Shown piece by piece: positions 9,595-18,425 of a DNA stretch of 64,000 nucleotides (its first letter is position 1; the number at the start of each line of letters is the position of its first letter). This DNA is from Ponticaulis sp. GTDB taxonomy: Bacteria > Pseudomonadota > Alphaproteobacteria > Caulobacterales > Hyphomonadaceae. The stretch lies in assembly GCF_002723155.1 (NCBI RefSeq), contig NZ_PBNO01000006.1; one strand, 5' to 3'. The notes below the pieces were generated by a model. That model was not told the DNA's origin. It did no database searches and saw only the letters and a list, made by a program, of their open reading frames with translations. Position numbers and translations under genes: made by a program.

Positions 9595-11781
9595 TCAGGC
9601 CTCGCGCAGATTACGATAGTTCAGCGGAAGTTCGCGCACGCGATTGCCCGTAGCCGCGTAGATCGCATTCAGAACGGCCGGTGCTGCCACGGCAATTGTA
9701 GGCTCACCTACGCCGCCCCAGAAGCCGCCCGATGGCATGACGATAGTTTCGACTTCAGGCATCTCTGAAAGGCGCATCACATTGTATGTGTCGAAGTTTG
9801 TTTCCTGCACTTCGCCATCTACAAAATTCACATTGCCATAGAGCATTGCGGACAGGCCATAAACGAAGGAGCCTTCGACCTGAGCTTCGATCTGCTGCGG
9901 ATTTACTGCATGACCCGGATCAGTTGCAGCAACAATGCGGTCGATCTTCAGCTGGCCATTATCGTCGACTGTGACCTCGGCGCATGCAGCTGTGTAGGAG
10001 CCGAACGAATAGAAGGCACACAGGCCGCGGTGTTTGCCATCATCAGAGCCCCAGCCGGATCTGTCTGCTACGGCTTGCAAAACCGCTGCGGATTTCGGGC
10101 TGTCCTGAAGGTGAGCGAGGCGGAATTCCAGCGGATCACGACCAGCCGCCACAGCCAGCTCGTCCATCAGGCACTCCAGATAGATCGCGTTCTGGTTGGC
10201 GTTTACCCCGCGCCAGAAGCCCGGTCGCACTGGCGGGGTTCGCATAGCGTGTTCGATGCGGAAGTTCGGGAAAGTGTATTTCAGGCTCTGGTCTGCTGTG
10301 CGCGGGTTATCCGGCGACGCGAGGCCCTGGAAGGTCGCAATGTCGATGCCTCCGACAATAGCCTGAGGCATGATGCCTGCGAGGATGGACTGTCCGGAAA
10401 TACGGATATTCACACCAGTCAGATTGCCGTCTTCATCCAGCGCGCCGCGTACACGTGCTTTGGTCGTTGGGTGATAGAATCCCTGACGCTGGTCTTCCTC
10501 ACGGCTCCATTGAAGCTTGATCGGTGTGCCTGGCATCTCTTTCGCGATGAGAACGGCTTGCGCGACGTAGTCTGACATACCTCGGCGACCGAAACCGCCC
10601 CCAAGCAGCTGCTTGTAAACTTCACACTGCGCAATCGGAAGACCGGACGCCTGAGATGCCGCGGCGAGAGCGGCTTCACCGTTCTGTGTCGGACACCAGA
10701 CTTCGCAGCTCTCATCGGTGTAGAGAGCCGTTGCGTTCATTGGTTCCATCGGCGCATGGCTCTGGAACGGCAGATTATAGGTTGCTTCTACAATCTGAGC
10801 TGCATTTGCGAATGCGGTATCCACATCGCCGCCCTGATTGCCAATACCTGCTTCTTCGGCAGTGAGGCCTTCATCTAGTTCAGCTTCAAAGTCAGCAGAG
10901 TTGAAACGGTCGCCACCTGCCCATTCGACGGGGAGTGCTTCGACGGCTTTGTTGGCGCGCCACCATGTGTCCGCGATAACGGCGACAGCGTTATCACCAA
11001 CCTGCATGACTTTGACGACGCCGGGCATGCCTTCAACTGCGGACGCATCAAAGCTTGCGACCGTCGCATTGCGCACAGGTGCTGCTTTAATTGATGCCAG
11101 GAGCATGCCGTCCAACACGATGTCGGCGCCGTATTGTTGGGCGCCGGTGACTTTATCGGCGGTGTCGAGACGTGCAACCGGCTGGCCAACGATCGTCCAT
11201 GTGGATGGATCTTTGAGTGTAATGTCGGAAGGTGCATCCAGCTGGGAAGCAGCTTCTGCAACGGCACCGAAGGGCAGCTCATTGCCAGATGGACCATGAG
11301 TGATCACGCCTTTGCTGACTGTGCATTCGCCTACTTGAACGCCCCATTCATTCGCTGCGGCCTGAACCATCATCATGCGTGCAGCGGCGGCACCTTCGCG
11401 AACATATTGATGTGACGATCGAATACCCTGACTGCCGCCGGTGGAAAAGTCACGCCAGACACGGTTACGGGCCAGGTTCTCACCCGGTGTCGGATATTCT
11501 GTGACGACCTTATCCCAGTCGGCTTCGAGTTCTTCGGCAACAAGTTGCGCAAGGCCGGTAAGTGTACCCTGTCCCATTTCGGAGCGGGCGATCCTAATGG
11601 TAACGACGTCATCGCGGCCGATATGGACCCAGGCGTTCACTTCAGGGTTTGGAGGAAGGTCCGCAGCTGCAGGTGTGTTGTCGTCAGCGCCCGCACAACC
11701 AGCGAGGAATGAAATCGTCAGGCCAGCAGCGCCAGAGCTGATCAGAAATCCGCGACGGGAAAGCGAAATTGAATTGGTCAT
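9595..11781 (-). CDS. Xanthine-oxidase-family molybdopterin subunit (IorB / aldehyde oxidoreductase type), Tat lipoprotein
   Basis: SRRGFL Tat motif plus LAGC lipobox; SEMGQG, STGGS, APMEPMN, GGGFGRR, WRGV, GGVGEP. Start ATG 11781 with GGAGG RBS. Confidence 0.9.
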   Translation of the reverse strand: MTNSISLSRRGFLISSGAAGLTISFLAGCAGADDNTPAAADLPPNPEVNAWVHIGRDDVVTIRIARSEMGQGTLTGLAQLVAEELEADWDKVVTEYPTPGENLARNRVWRDFSTGGSQGIRSSHQYVREGAAAARMMMVQAAANEWGVQVGECTVSKGVITHGPSGNELPFGAVAEAASQLDAPSDITLKDPSTWTIVGQPVARLDTADKVTGAQQYGADIVLDGMLLASIKAAPVRNATVASFDASAVEGMPGVVKVMQVGDNAVAVIADTWWRANKAVEALPVEWAGGDRFNSADFEAELDEGLTAEEAGIGNQGGDVDTAFANAAQIVEATYNLPFQSHAPMEPMNATALYTDESCEVWCPTQNGEAALAAASQASGLPIAQCEVYKQLLGGGFGRRGMSDYVAQAVLIAKEMPGTPIKLQWSREEDQRQGFYHPTTKARVRGALDEDGNLTGVNIRISGQSILAGIMPQAIVGGIDIATFQGLASPDNPRTADQSLKYTFPNFRIEHAMRTPPVRPGFWRGVNANQNAIYLECLMDELAVAAGRDPLEFRLAHLQDSPKSAAVLQAVADRSGWGSDDGKHRGLCAFYSFGSYTAACAEVTVDDNGQLKIDRIVAATDPGHAVNPQQIEAQVEGSFVYGLSAMLYGNVNFVDGEVQETNFDTYNVMRLSEMPEVETIVMPSGGFWGGVGEPTIAVAAPAVLNAIYAATGNRVRELPLNYRNLREA

Positions 11782-11795
11782 CTCAATGCCTCCCA

Positions 11796-12248
11796 TTACA
11801 TCTTGGTTTTCGCGAGTTGCACGCCGCGGCGCACGCGCTGGAAGGTGCCACAGCGGCAGATATTGGTGATCTCTGTGTCTGTGTCTTCGTCTGTCGCTTC
11901 CGGATTGTTATTCAACATGCCGGCAACCGCCATGATCATGCCCGGTTGGCAGTATCCGCATTGAGGGACATCAAGCTCTTTCCAGGCTTCCTGAACCGGA
12001 TGGCTTCCGTCCTCGGAGAGGCCTTCAATTGTGGTGATCTGCTCTTCTGCACCGATCGCTGACGCCGGATAAACGCAAGAGCGAACGGCCATGCCATCGA
12101 TATGAACAGTGCATGCGCCGCAAGCCGCAACGCCGCAGCCATACTTTGTGCCCGTGAGGCCCAGTTGTTCGCGCAGTACCCAAAGCAGAGGTGTGTCGTC
12201 GTCAAATTCGACATCAACCACCTGACCGTTCACGTGCAGTCTTGCCAT
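11796..12248 (-). CDS. 2x[2Fe-2S] small subunit (IorA-like)
   Basis: GTKYGCGVAACGACTV...RSC and QCGYCQPG...NICRCGT. Confidence 0.93.
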   Translation of the reverse strand: MARLHVNGQVVDVEFDDDTPLLWVLREQLGLTGTKYGCGVAACGACTVHIDGMAVRSCVYPASAIGAEEQITTIEGLSEDGSHPVQEAWKELDVPQCGYCQPGMIMAVAGMLNNNPEATDEDTDTEITNICRCGTFQRVRRGVQLAKTKM

Positions 12249-12425
12249 TCCGATAGCCCTTCTTGTTTTGTCGAAGGTCCGATAGTTCGAAAGATGTAGT
12301 TGAAACCAATCTTTCGGCCTTGAACGCTTCGTCTCCCCTTAGCGATACGCTCTGTTTCACTTCAGGATAGTTTAATTTATCCAACCTGCCTACAGTTCAA
12401 TGTGAACTCGTTTAGAAGCCAGTCT

Positions 12426-12457
12426 AACAAAAATGTGAGCGGCATCGAATGAGCCGC
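12426..12457 (-). terminator. Possible terminator after moaC
   Basis: Bulged stem GCGGC(A)TC-GAAT-GAGCCGC followed on the minus strand by TCACATTTTTGT. Confidence 0.45.
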
Positions 12458-12458
12458 C

Positions 12459-12938
12459 TCAAGTCTTGTAGAAGTCGCCTGATTTGCCGCCCGTTTTTGA
12501 AACCAGTTCGACACCTGTGATAACCATGCCTTTGTCTACGGCTTTGAGCATATCGTAAATAGTCAGGCAGGCGACCGAAACGGCTGTCAAAGCCTCCATT
12601 TCTACACCGGTTTTCCCCGTTGTTTTCGCAGTTGCTCGCACAGCGAGACTATTCGGGCGATCGGCCTCGCTGATCTCGACAGTGACACCAGTGAGCGGCA
12701 GCGGGTGACAGAGCGGGATCAGGTTAGAGGTCTCCTTTGCTCCCATGATCCCTGCGAGCTCCGATATCGCAAGCGGGTCACCTTTTTTTGTAGAACGCTG
12801 CAAGGCAAGCGCGAGCGTTTCCGGTTTCATTTCGACATAGCCGATGGCAACGGCGACGCGCTCGGTATCTGCCTTGGCGCTCACGTCTACCATCCGCGCG
12901 CGACCATCTGGGCCGATATGTGTCAGATCGTTAGGCAT
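12459..12938 (-). CDS. moaC: Cyclic pyranopterin monophosphate synthase accessory protein
   Basis: LTHI...MVDVS, LIPLCHP, GKTGVEMEALT, YDMLKAVDK, KTGGKSG. Confidence 0.97.
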   Translation of the reverse strand: MPNDLTHIGPDGRARMVDVSAKADTERVAVAIGYVEMKPETLALALQRSTKKGDPLAISELAGIMGAKETSNLIPLCHPLPLTGVTVEISEADRPNSLAVRATAKTTGKTGVEMEALTAVSVACLTIYDMLKAVDKGMVITGVELVSKTGGKSGDFYKT

Positions 12939-13468
12939 CAGAACTCCGTCAGGCGCGGCATAAGTTCGACCATGTTACACGGGCGATAGCGGCTATCGAG
13001 CTGGTACTTCAGGATTTGGTCCCAGCCATCTTTGACGGCACCGGTCGAGCCCGGAAGGCAGAAAACAAATGTGCTACCTGCAAGGCCAGCTACGGCACGT
13101 GATTGCAAGGTCGACAAACCCACTGTCTGATAACTGACCTGATGAAAAACCGCTGAGAAGCCATCAATGACTTTATCAAAGAGTGGCGTAAGAGCTTCGA
13201 CTGTGACGTCGCGACCGGTCAGGCCTGTGCCGCCACTGGAGATGACCGCGTCCACCTCAGGATCAGCGATCCAGTTTTGAACGGCCTGTCGAACCAGCTG
13301 ACGGTCATCTATGACAATTTTACGGTCCGCCAGAATATGACCGGCTTCGGTCAGTCGGTCTGCGAGTGTCTGGCCCGAAGTATCGGTTTCCATGGTGCGG
13401 GTATCACTGACTACCAGAACGGCAATGCGCACAGGTTTGAAGCTCAATGATTCATCTATTCCGGCCAT
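12938..13468 (-). CDS. moaB: Molybdenum cofactor biosynthesis protein B (MogA/MoaB family)
   Basis: VSDTR, DTSG, SSGGTGLTGRDVT, FCLPGSTGAV, QLDSRYRPCN. Confidence 0.92.
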   Translation of the reverse strand: MAGIDESLSFKPVRIAVLVVSDTRTMETDTSGQTLADRLTEAGHILADRKIVIDDRQLVRQAVQNWIADPEVDAVISSGGTGLTGRDVTVEALTPLFDKVIDGFSAVFHQVSYQTVGLSTLQSRAVAGLAGSTFVFCLPGSTGAVKDGWDQILKYQLDSRYRPCNMVELMPRLTEF

Positions 13469-13945
13469 TCAATTGGTCTCCGATTGCTGCCAGCGCTGGT
13501 TATCCTGATAGTCTTGTTCGCGCGGTTCAATCCAGAAGTCACCTGCTTCCGTAATCTCTTTTTTCCAGAAAACGGCTTCGGTTTTCAAATAATCCATCAG
13601 AAAGTCAGCGGCTTCAAAAGCCGCTCTGCGGTGTTTGGATGCCGTCGCAACAAAAACGATGGTTTCACCTGTCCGGATTTCTCCCGTTCTGTGATGAACA
13701 GCCAGCGCCTCTAGTGGCCAGCGGTTGAGAGCTTGCCCTACGGCTGTTTCGATCCCGTTCTCGGTCATGGGAGAATAGGATTGAAGAAATAGCCCCAACA
13801 CGCGGCTATCCTTGCCATCGGGTCGAACGACGCCAGAGAAACTCACAACGCCACCGGATGATGTCAGCCTGGATTCGAAATCTTTCAGAAGCTCGGGCGT
13901 AGAAATTGCTTGGTCTGAAATGTTGACGTGAACGCTCATGCTCAT
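13469..13945 (-). CDS. moaE: Molybdopterin synthase large subunit
   Basis: GGVVSFSGVVR, HRTG, HRRAAFEA, MDYLKTEAVFWKKE. Confidence 0.95.
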   Translation of the reverse strand: MSMSVHVNISDQAISTPELLKDFESRLTSSGGVVSFSGVVRPDGKDSRVLGLFLQSYSPMTENGIETAVGQALNRWPLEALAVHHRTGEIRTGETIVFVATASKHRRAAFEAADFLMDYLKTEAVFWKKEITEAGDFWIEPREQDYQDNQRWQQSETN

Positions 13946-14190
13946 CCGCCACCAACGGGAGGCATGAATGCAATTTCGTTCGGATTGGCCAGAGGATGTG
14001 CGTCATCGACAATTTCGCCATTTACGGCGATGCGGACAGTCGGCTCCAGGAACACACCTTCTGCCTCGAAACGGGCTTCAGCCCATGTTCTGAGATCGCG
14101 TGCATGTGAAACGTCCGATGGCAGTTCAATGTTCTCTGACGGTTTTCCGGTAACGTCGCTGAGGCGACCGAAATAGAGAATATCAGTCAT
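13942..14190 (-). CDS. moaD: Molybdopterin synthase sulfur carrier
   Basis: ILYFG, IAVN, C-terminal EIAFMPPVGGG. Confidence 0.95.
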   Translation of the reverse strand: MTDILYFGRLSDVTGKPSENIELPSDVSHARDLRTWAEARFEAEGVFLEPTVRIAVNGEIVDDAHPLANPNEIAFMPPVGGG

Positions 14191-14193
14191 TGG

Positions 14194-15225
14194 TTATCCT
14201 CCGGTGGTCGACATATGGCGAGATACGCCAGACGTCTGACCGTTCGCACCGATTTCAAATTCATGCTTCTCCGGCTTTTTCCCGATTGCGCGGTCGAGTG
14301 CAGTATGAAGCGCTGCTTTCGGGTTTTCGGTATCACGCACTGCGGCTTTTAGATCGATGCAATCATCTTGTCCGAGGCACATATAAATTCGCCCTGTGCA
14401 GGTGACTCGAACGCGGTTACATCCAGCGCAGAAATTGTTGGTCAGCGGCGTGATAAAGCCGAGTTTGCCGCCGGTCTCAGCAATGCGAACGTAACGGGAT
14501 GGCCCCGCATTCGTTGGAGAGTATGGCAGGTCTTCTAGCGTCCAACGCTCTTCGAGATTTCCGCGGACTTCGGGTAGGGGAATGTACTGATCGAAGCGAT
14601 CTTCCCCGGTCTCTCCGAGTGGCATGACTTCAATGAGCGTCATGTCGAAGCCCTCTCCATGGGCCCACTGTACCATGGACGGAATTTCATCCAGATTGTC
14701 ATGCTTCAGCGCGACGGTGTTGAGCTTCACTTGAAGTCCTGCACGTTGCGCTGCCTCTAAGCCTTTTAGAACGGGCGTGAGCTTGCCGCGCCTCGTGATC
14801 TTGAGAAATCGATCTTCATTTAGAGTATCAAGAGAGACGTTCACGCGCCGGACACCTGCAGCGTAGAGCTCTTCGGCATATTGCGCGAGAAGTGTGCCAT
14901 TCGTCGTAAGAGTCAGCTCATCAAAGCCGCGACCCAGCCGGTCGCCAAGCGCGAAGAACAACTTCATGATATCCCGGCGCACGAGAGGCTCGCCGCCAGT
15001 GATACGGATTTTGGACACGCCTCGATCAATGAAGGCTTTGGCAACCATCTCTGTTTCTTCGAGAGACAGCAGGTCTTTCTTCGGCAGAAATGTCATGTTC
15101 TCCGCCATGCAATAAGTGCACCGCAGATCGCATCGATCAGTGACCGACAGGCGCAAATACGTAATCTCCCGCCCGAACGGATCGATAAGTGAATTCGTCT
15201 TTGGCTGTTTCAGACCGTCAGCCAT
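14194..15225 (-). CDS. moaA: GTP 3',8-cyclase
   Basis: YLRLSVTDRCDLRCTYC, TGGEPL, CAGCNRVR..C, C-terminal GG. Confidence 0.97.
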   Translation of the reverse strand: MADGLKQPKTNSLIDPFGREITYLRLSVTDRCDLRCTYCMAENMTFLPKKDLLSLEETEMVAKAFIDRGVSKIRITGGEPLVRRDIMKLFFALGDRLGRGFDELTLTTNGTLLAQYAEELYAAGVRRVNVSLDTLNEDRFLKITRRGKLTPVLKGLEAAQRAGLQVKLNTVALKHDNLDEIPSMVQWAHGEGFDMTLIEVMPLGETGEDRFDQYIPLPEVRGNLEERWTLEDLPYSPTNAGPSRYVRIAETGGKLGFITPLTNNFCAGCNRVRVTCTGRIYMCLGQDDCIDLKAAVRDTENPKAALHTALDRAIGKKPEKHEFEIGANGQTSGVSRHMSTTGG

Positions 15226-16729
15226 GTAGAACTTCCCTCATGGCTTCCAGATCGGAAACCGTGTCGATATCGATAGCATGCTCGGGTCGCAGGGGGACTG
15301 TCACAGTATTCGACAATGATTTGAATATTTTGCGTGCGCCTTGGTCACCCTCGGCAGCGAGAATTTCACTAAGGCTTGCTCGCGCGAAAAGTGCGGGCGG
15401 TGTCGGTTTACCTTCAAATTCACTCATTACGGCAGTAACGCCCGGTTTGAGCGCCGCATAAAGGGCTTCAATATGTTCGTCCGGTACGAAAGGCATATCT
15501 GCAAGAAGGACGAGCACTGATTGGATATCAGAGTTTGCCTGAGTCACCTGAATGCCAAGCCTTAAAGAAGAAGACAGGCCGTGCTCAGGGGCGGGATTTT
15601 CCACGACAGACCAGTGATAGGCTTTGAGTGTTGCTTGTCGTTGGTGCTGTTGTCTGCCTGTAATGGCGATACGTGAGCGAAAGCGCTTTTCTCCGGCTTT
15701 GGACGCTACAGTAGCCAATACTGATTGACCGCGCAGGTCTGCGAGAAGTTTGTCGCCAGCTTCGAAACGAGATGATTGGCCTGCTGCGAGGAGCACGACG
15801 GCAGATTCTGCGTAAATGTTGTGGGTGTGCGTCTGAAACGCAGCAATTATTTCCGCTAACGTTGAAACAGCGATTGAGGATGACTCTCGAAGAGATGGAA
15901 CGAGTCCTATGGGCCCATGTACTCTAGCGACCTCATGCTGGGGCACGCCAGACAAACTGAGTTCCTGGCACCTGATTGCGTGCGTACGTGGGCTGCCGAC
16001 TGCGCCGATATAGAACGATGGATACTCAAGCGCTTGCTGCAATAATGCCGTTTCCCAATGGCGGTCATGGAACATCAATGCGAAAGCTGTCCATGGGTCA
16101 TCTGAAACGAGCGGAAGCGTTTCGGGCGTTTTCAGTAGCTCTAGTTTCGAAACACCTATCTGATCTGCAACAGCGTAATCATTTGTGTCTGGCAGCTGCA
16201 GATGAACCTCAAGGCCGCTTGCTGTCGCCAGACGTGCAAGGTCCAGACAGTCAGCGCCACGTCCTGCAATGCGAAGGCGTAGTTTAGGATTATAATCGAA
16301 TTTTATAGTCTCGCTGCCAACGGTGAATTCGAGCGAACCGACAGACCGTGCTCGGAGCGTTGAGAGCGTGGTGCGCAACTTCGATGGGTCATATATCGGT
16401 TCGATATAGACATGTATTGTGCCGCCGCATGGTAGGGGCAGGTCTATGAAACGAGAGCCCTGACCATAGTGCAAAGCCATCGGAGAGTTCTCTTCGAGCG
16501 AGCGCTGCGCCTGGAGTACAATATCGCTATCGATGCAGCCACCTGAGAGATAACCGGCTGAGAGGCCGTCCGCTGTGATGGCCATGAGCGAACCAAGCGC
16601 TCTGACGCCGCCACCGACGGTTTCGGTAATCACCGCAATGGCGACGCGTTTTCCGGACTTATGCCAGTCCAGAAGTCGCGCGATTACATCCTGCGCGTGC
16701 GCCTCATATGTCGATTGAACGCTCGTCAT
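15218..16729 (-). CDS. XdhC/CoxF-family Moco chaperone fused to MocA-type nucleotidyltransferase
   Basis: N-terminal part GYLSGGCID, LPCGG, YIGAVGS, GPIG (XdhC). C-terminal part VVLLAAGQSSRF...DKLL, LADMPFV, DIDT (NTP_transf_3). One uninterrupted 503-aa frame. Confidence 0.85.
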   Translation of the reverse strand: MTSVQSTYEAHAQDVIARLLDWHKSGKRVAIAVITETVGGGVRALGSLMAITADGLSAGYLSGGCIDSDIVLQAQRSLEENSPMALHYGQGSRFIDLPLPCGGTIHVYIEPIYDPSKLRTTLSTLRARSVGSLEFTVGSETIKFDYNPKLRLRIAGRGADCLDLARLATASGLEVHLQLPDTNDYAVADQIGVSKLELLKTPETLPLVSDDPWTAFALMFHDRHWETALLQQALEYPSFYIGAVGSPRTHAIRCQELSLSGVPQHEVARVHGPIGLVPSLRESSSIAVSTLAEIIAAFQTHTHNIYAESAVVLLAAGQSSRFEAGDKLLADLRGQSVLATVASKAGEKRFRSRIAITGRQQHQRQATLKAYHWSVVENPAPEHGLSSSLRLGIQVTQANSDIQSVLVLLADMPFVPDEHIEALYAALKPGVTAVMSEFEGKPTPPALFARASLSEILAAEGDQGARKIFKSLSNTVTVPLRPEHAIDIDTVSDLEAMREVLHG

Positions 16730-16800
16730 CTGCGGTATCTATGCATTGATGGCGGATATTGCGAAACCCTGCCGTTCTCAAAAGTCGGTGAACGGAGACA

Positions 16801-16837
16801 AAAGAAAAAAAACGCGCGATCCATGATCGCGCGTTTT
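16801..16837 (-). terminator. Intrinsic terminator of the acyl-CoA dehydrogenase gene
   Basis: 13-bp perfect stem AAAACGCGCGATC/GATCGCGCGTTTT with a long T run on the minus strand. Confidence 0.85.
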
Positions 16838-16849
16838 GATTGGAAGATT

Positions 16850-18160
16850 CTATTTGCGCCAGACAGACGCGAGAACCGGGTCTTCCAGATCCTCAGAGCC
16901 TGTATATTTGCGCTCTTCGTGACGACCAACAACCATGTGGTGCACTTCATCCGGACCGTCCGCAAGACGCAGCGTACGCTGTTGTGCATACATGCGAGAC
17001 AGTGGTGACCAATGGGATACGCCTGTCGCGCCGTGCATCTGGATCGCATCGTCGATGATTTTGCAGACCTTCTCAGGAACCATAGCTTTCACCATGGAAA
17101 TCCAGACGCGGGCTTCTTTGTTGCCTAGAACGTCCATCGCTTTTGCAGCTTTGAGAACCATCAGGCGCATTGCTTCGATTTCGATGCGCGCGCGAGAGAT
17201 TTTCTCACGGTTGCCGCCAAGTTTCACAAGTGGCTGACCGAACGCTTCACGTGTCAGGCCGCGACGGACCATGAGGTCGAGTGCGCGTTCCGCAGCGCCA
17301 AGAGAGCGCATACAGTGGTGGATACGGCCTGGGCCGAGACGGAGCTGAGAAATCTCAAAGCCGCGGCCTTCGCCGAGAAGCATGTTCTCTTTAGGAACGC
17401 GGACATTGTCGAATTTCAGGTGCATGTGGCCGTGCGGCGCATCATAGTCACCGAATACCATCATGCCGTCGACGATCGTTACGCCAGGGTGTGGCAGCGG
17501 CACGAGGATTTGCGACTGTTGCTTGTGTGGTTCTGCATCAGGGCTGGTTTTGACCATGCAGATCATGATGCGGCAACGCGGATCGCCCGCACCTGAGATG
17601 TAGTATTTCTCGCCGTTGATGACCCACTCATCGCCGTCGAGAACCGCGGACATTGAAACGTTACGTGCGTCTGAAGAGGCTTTGCCCGGTTCGGTCATGG
17701 CGAAAGCAGAACGGATTTCGCCGTTCAGAAGAGGCTTGAGCCATTTTTCTTTCTGCTCAGGCGTGCCGACGCGTTCGAGAACTTCCATATTGCCAGTGTC
17801 AGGCGCTGCGCAGTTCATTGTCTCGGATGCGAGCGGGTTTTTGCCAAGTTCAGCTGCGATATACGCATAGTCGAGGTTTTTGAGGCCTTCGCCAGTATGC
17901 GCGTCGGGAAGGAAGAAGTTCCAGAGGCCTTGTTTCTTTGCTTCGTCTTTTGCCGCTTCAAGTGCTTCCAGCTGGCCCGGGTTATAGCTCCACGGGTTGG
18001 TTTTGCCTTCACCCAGACGATGGAACTCTTCACTCATCGGGTTCACGACGTCCTTGATGAAAGCTTTCACGTGCTCATAAAGCGGGCGTGCAGCATCGGA
18101 CATACGAAGATCGTTCATCTCCGGTGAGTGCGTATCCAGTGGCTGTTGCATGTCGTCCAT
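16850..18160 (-). CDS. Acyl-CoA dehydrogenase family protein (ACAD10/11-like)
   Basis: GLWNFFLP, NCAAPDTGNME, AFAMTEP, SSDA, QLRLGPGRIHHCMR, RLADGPDEVH. Confidence 0.93.
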   Translation of the reverse strand: MDDMQQPLDTHSPEMNDLRMSDAARPLYEHVKAFIKDVVNPMSEEFHRLGEGKTNPWSYNPGQLEALEAAKDEAKKQGLWNFFLPDAHTGEGLKNLDYAYIAAELGKNPLASETMNCAAPDTGNMEVLERVGTPEQKEKWLKPLLNGEIRSAFAMTEPGKASSDARNVSMSAVLDGDEWVINGEKYYISGAGDPRCRIMICMVKTSPDAEPHKQQSQILVPLPHPGVTIVDGMMVFGDYDAPHGHMHLKFDNVRVPKENMLLGEGRGFEISQLRLGPGRIHHCMRSLGAAERALDLMVRRGLTREAFGQPLVKLGGNREKISRARIEIEAMRLMVLKAAKAMDVLGNKEARVWISMVKAMVPEKVCKIIDDAIQMHGATGVSHWSPLSRMYAQQRTLRLADGPDEVHHMVVGRHEERKYTGSEDLEDPVLASVWRK

Positions 18161-18425
18161 TATTGTCTCCCTCGAGTTCAGATTCTTATAGCTCGCTAAC
18201 TTAGTAAATGAGATTTCCGGAGGATGAAACAGCTGAGTCGGGATGACTCCGATTTTTGGCGCTTACTGAAATTGGTGCCGTAACGTCAGGTGAACTTGTT
18301 TAGTTGACACCTCTGAAAACGCTCGGGATTTGCCCAATAATTCGGTCAAACTTGAAAGAATATGGTTTCAGGCGCACTATTGTTGCCGGGAATTCAGCTT
18401 ATCCGCGCCAATATCCGGGCGGACG

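Noticed and set aside
12365-12430. Short inverted repeats upstream of iorA (GGATA-N8-TATCC, GTTCA-N3-TGAAC) and a near Irr-box TTTAGAA
   Set aside because: The arms are only 5 bp and the spacing does not fit the Irr or ModE consensus; it cannot be assigned.
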